From Parvularia atlantis (taxonomy: Eukaryota): 20,000 bases of DNA. Below are positions 19,952-20,000 of the stretch, in pieces. The DNA is taken from assembly GCA_943704415.1 (NCBI GenBank), contig CALSCO010000711.1, forward strand, positions 50,304-70,303, given 5' to 3'. A program made the position numbers and the translations under genes. Numbering within the stretch: position 1 is the stretch's first letter; each line of letters begins with the position of its first letter. The notes under the pieces are model-generated. The model ran no database searches. It was not told the origin of the DNA and saw only the letters and a program-made list of their open reading frames with translations.

Positions 19952-20000
19952 CTGCCGTGCACGCATCGCCGGCGTCAGCAGGCCCCCCCCCCCTCCCCCC

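Noticed and set aside
1..20000. Many long overlapping Arg/Ala/Pro-rich ORFs in the six-frame track (e.g. 9313-10695 +, 2785-4116 -, 16374-17756 +)
   Set aside because: These are shadow ORFs caused by high GC and by antisense reading of real exons; the spliced gene models explain the sequence.

Overview
Gene-dense, very GC-rich eukaryotic DNA, probably from a unicellular eukaryote; the lineage cannot be determined from sequence alone. Coding regions are broken by about 88 short spliceosomal introns (manual count; mostly 45-65 nt, GTGCGY-type donors, CTGAC/CTCAC-like branch sites, YAG/AAG acceptors), so the six-frame ORF track is largely misleading. Manual splicing gives, in order: geranylgeranyltransferase-I beta (-, runs off the left edge), RBBP6/Mpe1 (+), FRG1 (+), an unexplained 1.26 kb gap with splice-like signals, GH85 ENGase (+), V-ATPase subunit a (-), an UNC-93-like MFS protein (+), an SNM1/Apollo-type beta-CASP nuclease (-), a 12-TM APC (ethanolamine-permease-like) transporter fused to a C-terminal RGS domain (+), and the last exon of an unidentified gene (-). 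The main highlight is the permease-RGS fusion, a candidate nutrient transceptor acting on G-alpha. Also notable are a candidate poison exon in RBBP6, intergenic spacers of only 26-60 nt, and six GC-AG introns.
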